From: Promethearchaeota archaeon Loki_b32
GTDB taxonomy: Archaea > Asgardarchaeota > Lokiarchaeia > Sigyniarchaeales > SOKP01
Assembly (NCBI GenBank): GCA_005223125.1
Contig: NJBH01000008.1
Coordinates: forward strand, 1 to 64,000
DNA length: 64,000 bases
Direction of reading: 5' to 3'
Every line of letters begins with the position of its first letter. Position 1 is the first letter of the stretch. This document shows, piece by piece, positions 52,277 to 61,165 of the stretch. Under the pieces are notes generated by a model. The model did not search any database and was not told the origin of the DNA. It saw only the letters and a program-made list of their open reading frames with translations. Made by a program: the position numbers and the translations under genes.

Positions 52277-53704
52277 ATGCTTAAAATCTATAACACTATG
52301 ACTCGGCAAAAGGAAGTTTTTAAGACTATAGAAGAAGGTCGAGTTAGAATTTATACCTGTGGGCAGACAGTATATGATGATGTGCATATCGGTAATGCAA
52401 GAACTTATAGCTCATGGGACGTAGTTATTAGATACTTACGATACAAAGGTTATAACGTATTTCATGTTCAAAATTTCACGGATGTGGGTCATTTAACAGA
52501 TGATGCAGATCAAGGAGAAGATAAAATCGAAAAAAGAGCAAGAGAACAAAAAGTTAATCCTTGGGAACTAGTTGATAGACAAATTCAAGAATATTGGCAA
52601 GTTATTGATGATTTAAATATTCAAAGACCGAACATATCTCCAAGAGCAACAGCGCTTATTCCAGACATGATTGAGATTATTCAAATTTTGGTAGAAAAAG
52701 GCTATGCTTATGAAGTAGAAGGTAATGTGTATTATGATACTAGTAAATTTAAGGACTATGGAAAACTTGCTAAGTTAAAACTCGATGAAGAAAAAGCACA
52801 AGCACGCGTGGCTCAAGATCCCTTAAAAAAGAATTATTTTGATTTTGCTTTATGGTTAAACGCACGGAAAGGAGATCAGATCCATACTATGAGATGGAAT
52901 TCTCCGTGGGGTGAAGGATATCCTGGATGGCATCTTGAATGTTCGGTCATGGGCATGAAATATTTAGGAGAGACATTAGATATTCATTGTGGAGGAATCG
53001 ATCATATTCCTACTCACCATCCAAATGAAATTGCTCAATCTGAAGCGGCTACTGGAAAAAAGTTTGTTAATTGGTGGATGCATGCTGAATTTATAACTCT
53101 AAATGGTATGAAAATGAGTAAGAGCCTTGGTAACTATGTTACTGCCCGTGAATTAATTGATGAACATGGAGGTCTTGTTATGAGGATGGGCTTAGTTTCT
53201 GGACATTATCGATCTGCTGTAGATTGGAATCCACAAGTTATTGAAAATGCCAAGAGTAATATCGAAAAAATTAGAAATTGTTTAAATGCAATTGACCAAA
53301 CCTCTGGAGGAAGCGAAGAAACACTTAAAGGGTCAATAAAAAATGTGAAAAATGATTTTGAGGAAGCTATGGATGATGATTTTAATACTCCAAAAGCTTT
53401 TGGAACAATTCATGAATTCATTAAAAAAATAAATAGTTCATTAGATAATAAACAAGAAATATTCTTAGAAGCAAAAGAAACTTTACTCGAACTTCTTGGA
53501 ATTCTGGGTCTTGACTTCACCAAGAAAGAAGAAAGTGGGGAAATTAAATTAAATGAATTGATGGATCTTATTATAAATATCCGTAACAAGGCAAGAAAAG
53601 AGAAAAATTACGAGATAAGTGATGAAATAAGAGAAAAATTAACAAAAGCGGGAATTCAACTTGAAGATACCCCCAATGGAACACGATGGAACATTACTTC
53701 ATAA
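52277..53704 (+). CDS. cysS: Cysteinyl-tRNA synthetase (class I)
   Basis: CGQTVYD, HIGNAR, PGWHLECS, GGID, HHPNE, KMSKSLGN. Confidence 0.97.
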   Translation: MLKIYNTMTRQKEVFKTIEEGRVRIYTCGQTVYDDVHIGNARTYSSWDVVIRYLRYKGYNVFHVQNFTDVGHLTDDADQGEDKIEKRAREQKVNPWELVDRQIQEYWQVIDDLNIQRPNISPRATALIPDMIEIIQILVEKGYAYEVEGNVYYDTSKFKDYGKLAKLKLDEEKAQARVAQDPLKKNYFDFALWLNARKGDQIHTMRWNSPWGEGYPGWHLECSVMGMKYLGETLDIHCGGIDHIPTHHPNEIAQSEAATGKKFVNWWMHAEFITLNGMKMSKSLGNYVTARELIDEHGGLVMRMGLVSGHYRSAVDWNPQVIENAKSNIEKIRNCLNAIDQTSGGSEETLKGSIKNVKNDFEEAMDDDFNTPKAFGTIHEFIKKINSSLDNKQEIFLEAKETLLELLGILGLDFTKKEESGEIKLNELMDLIINIRNKARKEKNYEISDEIREKLTKAGIQLEDTPNGTRWNITS

Positions 53705-53754
53705 ATTTTATTTTTAGAAAATAAAGTCTTCTCAAAACTAAAAAAAAAAAGGAT

Positions 53755-54183
53755 TTAAGTAGGAGGTAAAAACTCCCATTTATTATAATGGTCAGAATTA
53801 CCTCCCTTCTCAAGAAATTCAATATACCTTTTTAGCCCCACCAATAGTAAATCAGAACTTTTTTTAAATATTTTAAAGAGTTCTTTATCATTAAATTCAG
53901 TCCATAAAGTAACTACTGTTGCTTTTTTTTTAGGAATTAAAACATACCCCATTGAATTCATATTACTCTTTTCCATAAACCAGGTAGTACTTTTATTTTT
54001 GTCATATTTAGCGTTAACAATTTTCATGGCTCCAAAATCAGTCTCTAATAGTGTATTTTCATCTTCGAAGGTTATTGCACTCACAGTTGGATTCCATTTT
54101 GGAGTAATAACTCCATCTTTTATGATATTATAAATCTTTTCGGGAGAAGATTCAATTTCGATTTTTTTTTCTAATTTTTGCAA
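53755..54183 (-). CDS. SRPBCC / polyketide-cyclase fold protein
   Basis: 'IEIESSPEKIYNII...PKWNP', C-terminal 'LVGLKRYIE' helix. Confidence 0.75.
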   Translation of the reverse strand: MQKLEKKIEIESSPEKIYNIIKDGVITPKWNPTVSAITFEDENTLLETDFGAMKIVNAKYDKNKSTTWFMEKSNMNSMGYVLIPKKKATVVTLWTEFNDKELFKIFKKSSDLLLVGLKRYIEFLEKGGNSDHYNKWEFLPPT

Positions 54184-54367
54184 AAATTCACCTCATTCTG
54201 AAAATTTACATTTTAATATTATGATAATCTCTTATATATACGTTTGTGTGTTTGTCAAAATTTAGGATTCAGACCTTATTAAAACTCAAAAGCAATTAGA
54301 TGGACAAGTCTGGTTTCTTAAAAAAAAACTAAAGAAAAAAATAAGCTAAAAATAATAAAAAAATGAA

Positions 54368-56098
54368 TTATTCGATTGTTTTTAGCAATTCTTCGATTTC
54401 TGCCTGAATTTCTTCAGGTTTCCTTGCTGTTTGACCCGCAATAGCAAGCTGCCTTTCTATAATAGGTCTGTGAAGTGTGTTCATAGCGCAGAACGGAATC
54501 TCTCTTACTTTGCTGGGGTCTTCCGGATCGATGACTCCGTAGTGGACAAGACAGCGACACACTCTTTCGAGGTCGAAGTTGTAAGCATCTTGAAAATGCA
54601 TGCTAGATATCATTAAATTGCGATCATTAAAAAATTTCCCCGCAGATTTTAAGTTTGGAGCCATTACTAAACGAGCAAATGCTTGATATGTTTTACTTGT
54701 AAGAATTTTTTGTGGACTTTTAATATATCTTGCTGCTCCAGCAAAGAAATATGCCTTCATAATTTGCCGATAACCAAAACTGGTAATATCATCAACAAAG
54801 TTTCCAATTTTGGAAGCAAGCTGCCCAAAATCATCTAGGTTGATGCCTTTCAATAATCCAGTAGGTTTTGGGACTTCTTGTTTTTCAACCATATCCCAAG
54901 TTTGATTAGACCATCGAATCAATCCTTCAGCGTCAAAAAAGTTTTCGATGGGCTCCCACTCATCCTTATCATTAATAACGCATATCGTGGCGAATCCACA
55001 ATCTGCGTGGCTCGTCATACTGAAGGGTGGCATATCGTCAAACCAGGCTAGCAATTTTGTAAACTTCGCTGTGAATGCAATAGGGTAAAACTTGGTAACT
55101 GAACCATTTGTATATTTATTAATTGCGTCTTTTAAATCAGAAGTAGTATATCTAATATCCATTAATTCTTCGAAGCTAATACGTCCGGTTAATGAAACTG
55201 GTTGGAAGATAACACCTGATACGACATCACAATTATTTTTAGCAAAATTCAAAATGTTTCCAATTTCATGATCATTTACACCTTTAGCGATAACTGGGAC
55301 TAGCATAATGCCATAAAATCCAATCTTTCGAGCATTTTCAATAACTTTCTTTTTAAGAGGCCATAAGTTAACTCCTCTGATCTTTTTCCATGCTTCTGGG
55401 TCATCAGTAGCATCAAATTGCAGGTATAACGCATCCATTCCAGCATCTATGCATTTTTTCATAAATTCTTGTGATTTCCCAAATCGAACACCGTTGGTGG
55501 TTACCATGATTTCTGTAAAACCCAATTCATGTCCTTTTCGAATAATTTCTGGGAGATCATCTCTAACTGTAGGTTCTCCTCCAGATAGCTGGAGTAAAAC
55601 TGCGGGAATAGGTTCCATGGATCTGAAATGTTCCATAATTCGGATGAGTTCTTCGAATGTAGGTTCTACTACATAACCTTTTGCGCTTGCATTGGCAAAA
55701 CAAATAGGGCAAGCCAGATTACAGCGATTTGTGATATCAATTAAACAAATATTTGGAGCGCTTTTATGATTGGAGCATAAACCACAGTCATATGGACACC
55801 CCTTATTTACTTCTTTAATACCAGAAGATGTATATTCGGGTTGAGTAGAATTATTTACTGTTGAACCAATGTCGTCTGTAATAGTCTGTTGCCATTTATA
55901 TTCTTCGGGATTGATTGATAGTTTATCTTTGAATTCTCCATGGGCCTTACAGGTTTTTCGCATCATCACGCAATTAGTTTCAGGGTCTACGTAAATTTCA
56001 GCCGCGAGATGTTTCATACATTCAGGACAAATACTCGTAGTTGTTCGAATAATCTCAACATCTTTCCTTTGAGCAGATTGTGTTTCAAGTTCTGTCAT
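54368..56098 (-). CDS. tes: Radical SAM tetraether lipid synthase (Tes/GDGT-MAS, MJ0619 family)
   Basis: N-terminal CPEC...KTCKAHG, CPYDCGLC..H, CNLACPIC, GGEPT, C-terminal MHFQDAYNFD..RCLVHY..IPFC. Confidence 0.85.
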   Translation of the reverse strand: MTELETQSAQRKDVEIIRTTTSICPECMKHLAAEIYVDPETNCVMMRKTCKAHGEFKDKLSINPEEYKWQQTITDDIGSTVNNSTQPEYTSSGIKEVNKGCPYDCGLCSNHKSAPNICLIDITNRCNLACPICFANASAKGYVVEPTFEELIRIMEHFRSMEPIPAVLLQLSGGEPTVRDDLPEIIRKGHELGFTEIMVTTNGVRFGKSQEFMKKCIDAGMDALYLQFDATDDPEAWKKIRGVNLWPLKKKVIENARKIGFYGIMLVPVIAKGVNDHEIGNILNFAKNNCDVVSGVIFQPVSLTGRISFEELMDIRYTTSDLKDAINKYTNGSVTKFYPIAFTAKFTKLLAWFDDMPPFSMTSHADCGFATICVINDKDEWEPIENFFDAEGLIRWSNQTWDMVEKQEVPKPTGLLKGINLDDFGQLASKIGNFVDDITSFGYRQIMKAYFFAGAARYIKSPQKILTSKTYQAFARLVMAPNLKSAGKFFNDRNLMISSMHFQDAYNFDLERVCRCLVHYGVIDPEDPSKVREIPFCAMNTLHRPIIERQLAIAGQTARKPEEIQAEIEELLKTIE

Positions 56099-56488
56099 AT
56101 GAATCAATATCTTTTATCAATTTTTTAATTAGATAAATGTTTTATTGAATAATTATTTTGCTAATTAACCTTTCAAATCATTTAAATATTTTAATAATAT
56201 CTATAGTATTATCGATATTATTAAAAAAAACTCCTTATTTTAATAAAAATGATAATAATTTTTCTTATTTAATATAATTAAATAAATAAGATTACCATTA
56301 ACTTTAAATATGAAATTCTAATCAGCACTAAGAATGATTTTTGCATTAATATTTTATTTTTAACAAATCATCTTAATGAAATTTCAACGAAATAATTAAT
56401 TGAACCTTTTAATTATTTTACTAACTTTTTCAGGTTTTGATCTCTTGAATTTCTATACTAAAAATTGAAAATCTCAGAGCTAAGGACA

Positions 56489-56614
56489 TAAAAGGTGACT
56501 CCTGCCCTACGAGACGCAAAAAAGCGTCAAAACAAAATAGGGGGAGGAGGGCGAAATCAGAGTGTAAAAATTTACACTACCAAAAGACAAAAATCCAGGG
56601 TGTAGGCAGGAGTC
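56489..56614 (-). ncRNA. Putative structured RNA element, copy 2 (intact)
   Basis: 13-bp closing stem 56497-510/56602-614 with one bulge; hairpins 56513-28 and 56561-78; homologous to 1611-1730. Confidence 0.7.
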
Positions 56615-56868
56615 TTGTTATTTTTAGTTAATCTCCTTCGGTTTTTCTCTATTTTGTTTTATTTTTTATTTAATTAATTTTAGATTTTAAATATTTTGTG
56701 TGTTTCTTTATTGGTTTATCAGATTTAAATTCTTATCTTAACATTATTATATCATTAAGAGTTTATAAATAAAATCATTATAGTATGTAGGCATTGATAT
56801 GTATCTTTTATAGTTAAAAGAAAAGCTAAGATAAAAAAGATAATGATTATTCAATTAATGTAAATAGA

Positions 56869-57282
56869 ATGCATGGATCAATCATGTCGAGTAAAATTAA
56901 GGAACAAGCTGTAGGAAGACTGGAACCAGAATTTAAAATTGATGTTGGAACAATAATTTGGGTTGTTATAGGTTTTATTATATCCTGGGTAAACATGAAG
57001 ATCATTCTGGATTCTATGGAGATCTGGTCTTATCTTACCATAATTTTTACTACAATCATTCCTACAGTGATTATTGCATTAAAGAATAGATTTTGGGGGT
57101 ACGGTTATTTGATTGGATTTATGATTGCAGGAATTCCATTCTCTTTTTTTGATCCTCCTTATGGTGATTTATTTATTGGATGGTACACATTTGCTACTTC
57201 TTTTTTTATTTTCATTATTTTATGGCTTATCTTCTGGAAGACTTGGAGATCACTCTCATCAATTAAACAAGTGAATGTATAA
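56869..57282 (+). CDS. Small membrane protein (about 4 TM)
   Basis: Hydrophobic segments; the start may be the second Met. Confidence 0.75.
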   Translation: MHGSIMSSKIKEQAVGRLEPEFKIDVGTIIWVVIGFIISWVNMKIILDSMEIWSYLTIIFTTIIPTVIIALKNRFWGYGYLIGFMIAGIPFSFFDPPYGDLFIGWYTFATSFFIFIILWLIFWKTWRSLSSIKQVNV

Positions 57283-57323
57283 AAAAAGGATTAATGTAAA
57301 AAATCTAATTTGTTAGTATTTTC

Positions 57324-57530
57324 CTATGCTATCACTAATTGTTTGCACTTAATACAAAGTTTTCCTTCAAGTTTAGCCTTTTTTGCACATTCTAAACAAT
57401 AAGGTGTTTTGCATGTGGGGCATGTATAAGTTTCACCTTGAATTGGTCCTTTATGAAAAAGACAAAAGTTATCTCTTATATTAAAGGATGGAGGCAATAC
57501 TGGTGGAGGAGGTACTTTTTTATCATTCAT
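57324..57530 (-). CDS. Small RING-like zinc-finger protein with polyproline N-terminus
   Basis: PPPPVLPP; CLFH...CPTC...CLEC...CIKC (8 potential ligands). Confidence 0.7.
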   Translation of the reverse strand: MNDKKVPPPPVLPPSFNIRDNFCLFHKGPIQGETYTCPTCKTPYCLECAKKAKLEGKLCIKCKQLVIA

Positions 57531-57614
57531 AAGCTCATAAAAATTACTATTATCTTAAATGTGTTTAATTCTTTTATAGAAATAAAAAACAAGTTATTAA
57601 TTGAAGAGTTTATT

Positions 57615-58088
57615 TTATTCCTTTAGAGTAGGGATATCTTCGATTACAACACTAATGACATTTGCAACAGAGAGGAATTTATCCTTAATTTTTTCTACTG
57701 TTAATTCACCAGAATCAACCAGATCTCCAATAAGGTAAGTCTCATAGAAGCATTTTTCCATTTCATAACATAATCCCGTAGTATGTAATATCTCTTTGCT
57801 TAAATTTAGTTCATTTAATACGTTAGATATCCCTTTGACCAGATCTGGAGAAAATTCTTTTAATTTTACAAGAATTTTTTTGATATTTTCCTTTTTAGTT
57901 GGAAAACAGCTTATTTTAACAACATCTTCACGAGAAATGAAAATTAATAAATAATAAGGCGAATTCAATATTTCTTCCTTAATTTCTGAAGGAAAAATGG
58001 GATTTTTATTAAGTTCATTATTGTCTATAATAAGTCCTATAGAAATTTTATTTTTTTGAGCAATATTGTCTGTTTCCATAATAATCAA
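57615..58088 (-). CDS. Hypothetical protein with ACT-like C-terminal domain
   Basis: Strand-helix-strand-strand-helix-strand pattern, 'ILHTTGLC'. Confidence 0.55.
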   Translation of the reverse strand: MIIMETDNIAQKNKISIGLIIDNNELNKNPIFPSEIKEEILNSPYYLLIFISREDVVKISCFPTKKENIKKILVKLKEFSPDLVKGISNVLNELNLSKEILHTTGLCYEMEKCFYETYLIGDLVDSGELTVEKIKDKFLSVANVISVVIEDIPTLKE

Positions 58089-58340
58089 AAACCTTAAGGT
58101 AATTAAAGGTTATATTTGAGTAAGGATATATAAAGTTTTTTGCTTTTTTATTTTTTTTCTTTTTCACTCTTTATTTAGTTTGATTTTTATGAACATATGA
58201 ATTCATTTCTTTTGTTTATTTCTAATGACAATATAATAATTAACTATCATTTTCCCATAATACGAAGATATTATTTGTATTTTATATTTAAATCTAATTT
58301 TCATTACTTAATCTCCACTCAAATAATCAAAATTGATAAA

Positions 58341-58826
58341 ATGGATTTTCAAGAATTTGGGAAAAAATTTGGATTCGAAATTGAAAAATATAGTTCTCAA
58401 GAATGTAGGTTTCATGCAATTTATTTCATTGATTATGAAACAGGTGCGTTATTTGTAAGTAATAGATATTCTAATGATTTAAGTTTTTTAAGAGAAGATC
58501 TAATCTGTAGTTTTCTGAATGCAATTAATCTGTTCATTAATGAAGTAAATGACGGAGCCAACGAGGAGATTCAAGAGATTAATTTTAAAGGAACCCGAAT
58601 TTTATATGAACGAGAAGGAAGGCTTTTAGCGATTGGAATTACTAAAAAAACAAATTTACAAATGGAACGAGGAATTCTTCGTGAAATTGTAGAAGATTTT
58701 TATATCAGATTTAAGAATTTTATAAATAATTTTAACGGAGAAGTAGATCCCTCAGTACTAAATTATAAAAAAAGATTGGAAAGTATGAATTTAAACTCTT
58801 TGTTCAAATTTAATATTCGAATTTAA
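58341..58826 (+). CDS. Longin-like protein
   Basis: 'AIYFIDYETGALF', 'EDLICSFLNAINLFINEV', 'IQEINFKGTRILYE', 'FYIRF'; start moved to ATG 58341. Confidence 0.7.
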   Translation: MDFQEFGKKFGFEIEKYSSQECRFHAIYFIDYETGALFVSNRYSNDLSFLREDLICSFLNAINLFINEVNDGANEEIQEINFKGTRILYEREGRLLAIGITKKTNLQMERGILREIVEDFYIRFKNFINNFNGEVDPSVLNYKKRLESMNLNSLFKFNIRI

Positions 58827-58831
58827 AATAG

Positions 58832-60208
58832 TTAAGTAGAATCTTTGTTATTATCTTCTTTTTTGATTTTTTCAACTTTAGATTCGAATTTTTTAACAAT
58901 AGTTTTTGCTTCAGTTTTAATATCGATTCGATGAGCATCAATTTCGCCTTGTTCTTCAATTTTTTTTGCTTGTTTTTCTACAGTACTTAATATTTTTTCG
59001 CTAGTTCCTTCAATATCAGGATGTAATTCCTTTCTTTGAGCAGCACTTTCCTTTTGTCTATCGATCATGAAAGCTTTTTCCCCTACAGATTTTTCTATTT
59101 TTTCCGCTGTACCCTCAATGTCGGGATGTAATCCAACTCGTTGAGCTATGCTTTCTTTTTGCTTATCAATCAAAAAAGCTTTTTCACTTACAGATTTTTC
59201 TATTTTTTCCGCTGTACTCTCAATATCAGGATGTAATCCAACTCGTTGAGCGGTAATTTCTTTTTGACGATCAATCAAGAAAGCTTTTTCTCCCAAAGAT
59301 TTCTCTATCTTTTCTCCTGTGCTTTCAATGTCTGGGTGTATTTCTAATCGTTGTGCCTCCTTTTCTTTTTGCCGATCAATCATAAAAGCTTTCTCTCCCA
59401 CAGATTTTTCAATTTTATCACTTACTCCTTCTATATCAGGTTGCATGCTAAATCTTTGTTCATCAATCTCTCTTTGTTTTTCAACCCGAAATGCCTTTTC
59501 TCCGACTGATTTTTCTATTTTCTCTCCAACGCCTTCTAAATCAGGATGAATTCCAGTTCGTTGTTCATCGAGTTCTCGTAATTTTTCAACCCGAAAGGCT
59601 TTTTCTCCAATAGATTTTTCTATTTTCTCTCCAACGCCTTCTAAATCAGGATGAATAGCAGTACGTTGTTCATCGAGTTCTCGTAATTTTTCAACCCGAA
59701 AGGCTTTTTCTCCAATATATTTTTCTATTTTCTCTCCAACACCTTCTAAATCAGGATGAATTTCAATTCTTTGTTCATCTAATTCCCTTCTCTTTTCTAT
59801 GTGGAAAGCTTTCTCTTCTACAGATTTTTCTATTTTTTCTGCTGTACTCTCAATATCAGGATGTAATCCAACTCGTTGCTCGTCAAGTTCTCGTTGTTTT
59901 TCTATTCTAAAAGCTTTTTCCCCAACAGATTTTTCTATCTTTTCAGCAGTACCTTCAATATCAGGAATTAAATCTTTTAATTGAGCTATAGTTTCTTTCT
60001 GACGATCAACCATGAATGCTTTTTCATCAATCAAATCTGATATTTTTTCTTTTCCCTCTTCGAATGATTTTCTCCTATCATCTTCAATGCTTTTTAAATA
60101 AGCTTCTCTTTCTTCTTTTTCTTTCTTATAGAGATCGTCAACTAGTCTCTTTTGTTGTTCAATTTCTTCACGAGATAAAGGTTTTTCATTTTCACCCAAA
60201 ATTCTCAC
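58832..60208 (-). CDS. Charged helical protein with about 10 tandem 35-aa repeats
   Basis: Consensus HPD(I/L)E(G/S)xxEKIEKSVGEKAFxI(D/E)KQRExxxQRxxx. Confidence 0.9.
   Translation of the reverse strand: MRILGENEKPLSREEIEQQKRLVDDLYKKEKEEREAYLKSIEDDRRKSFEEGKEKISDLIDEKAFMVDRQKETIAQLKDLIPDIEGTAEKIEKSVGEKAFRIEKQRELDEQRVGLHPDIESTAEKIEKSVEEKAFHIEKRRELDEQRIEIHPDLEGVGEKIEKYIGEKAFRVEKLRELDEQRTAIHPDLEGVGEKIEKSIGEKAFRVEKLRELDEQRTGIHPDLEGVGEKIEKSVGEKAFRVEKQREIDEQRFSMQPDIEGVSDKIEKSVGEKAFMIDRQKEKEAQRLEIHPDIESTGEKIEKSLGEKAFLIDRQKEITAQRVGLHPDIESTAEKIEKSVSEKAFLIDKQKESIAQRVGLHPDIEGTAEKIEKSVGEKAFMIDRQKESAAQRKELHPDIEGTSEKILSTVEKQAKKIEEQGEIDAHRIDIKTEAKTIVKKFESKVEKIKKEDNNKDST
58990..60040 (-). repeat. Intragenic 105-bp tandem repeat array
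   Basis: 105-nt period, e.g. tcaggatg recurring near 59541, 59646, 59751, 59856. Confidence 0.9.
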
Positions 60209-60345
60209 TTTCTAATATTATTGAAATTTTTTTAAATATAATAACATACTTCGTATTTAATAATTTTTATGTTTACCCTATAAAAAAGTTTTTAACTAAA
60301 AGGAATACCAGATGATTCAACACAAAAAATTAGATATTTCAGAAT

Positions 60346-61095
60346 TTATTTAATAGGAATGGGCTTTAAAGAATCATCGGGGATGTGTTCCATGAGGGAT
60401 AACATTGCTAATTTCATTGTAAGCATTTCCATAACTTCCAATTCCAGTTTCTTTGATTTTTCAGAATCTAATGTTAAGTTATACTTAGTAATTGAATTTT
60501 CAAATTCCTTCTTTAAATCTTCTCTTAACTCATCTTGATTTTCTAAATTAATATTGTTTGTATTGAGCCATATGTCTATCTCTTGTTTAATTTTGATATC
60601 AACATCATTAGAAGAATTATATATTACTTCTATTTCTTTGAGATTTTCTTGATTACTGATATACGCTTGATCTTGGTACATTGGTTTGAGTAATAGTCCA
60701 AGGTTTACGATTAAAGGTTGAATTTGAAGTTTTTCTAGTGAATCTGCTAAAAACTGAAAAACTTGATCTTTTTGTATTATTTTGGAATAGTTAATATATT
60801 CTTGGACAAAATGCATGATTGAATTTCTTACTAATAAATCATCAAAATCAAAGATAGATTCAGGTTTAATCTCCAGAGTTTTATTAATACAAGTGTATAA
60901 TGAGTTCATAAATGGTGTTATATCTTTGAACATTGCAAATTTATTTACAAAGCTTAAGATATCACCTAAGATTTCGAGTTTATTCTCGTCTGGTTCTGTG
61001 TTATAATAATGATTAATATCCCTTTCCAAATTGAAATTCTCATCTGGAATTGACAAGAGTTCCTTTAACTCAGAATATAAAGAACTTAAATCCAC
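60346..61095 (-). CDS. Hypothetical helical protein
   Basis: 249-aa ORF, no motif recognised. Confidence 0.7.
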   Translation of the reverse strand: MDLSSLYSELKELLSIPDENFNLERDINHYYNTEPDENKLEILGDILSFVNKFAMFKDITPFMNSLYTCINKTLEIKPESIFDFDDLLVRNSIMHFVQEYINYSKIIQKDQVFQFLADSLEKLQIQPLIVNLGLLLKPMYQDQAYISNQENLKEIEVIYNSSNDVDIKIKQEIDIWLNTNNINLENQDELREDLKKEFENSITKYNLTLDSEKSKKLELEVMEMLTMKLAMLSLMEHIPDDSLKPIPIK

Positions 61096-61165
61096 AATAA
61101 TTTATTTGTTAAATATCTTTAAAAAAATTTATTTAATTTAAGAAATAGACACAAAAATTCTTTTT

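Noticed and set aside
54262-54320. Weak hairpin downstream of tes
   Set aside because: Only about 7 bp with a long loop; no second copy or recognisable motif.
58197-58340. N-terminal extension of the longin-like ORF
   Set aside because: Low-complexity AT-rich translation; ATG 58341 is more plausible.
58990-60040. Tandem array as a possible CRISPR
   Set aside because: In-frame 105-bp coding repeats with no unique spacers and no cas genes.
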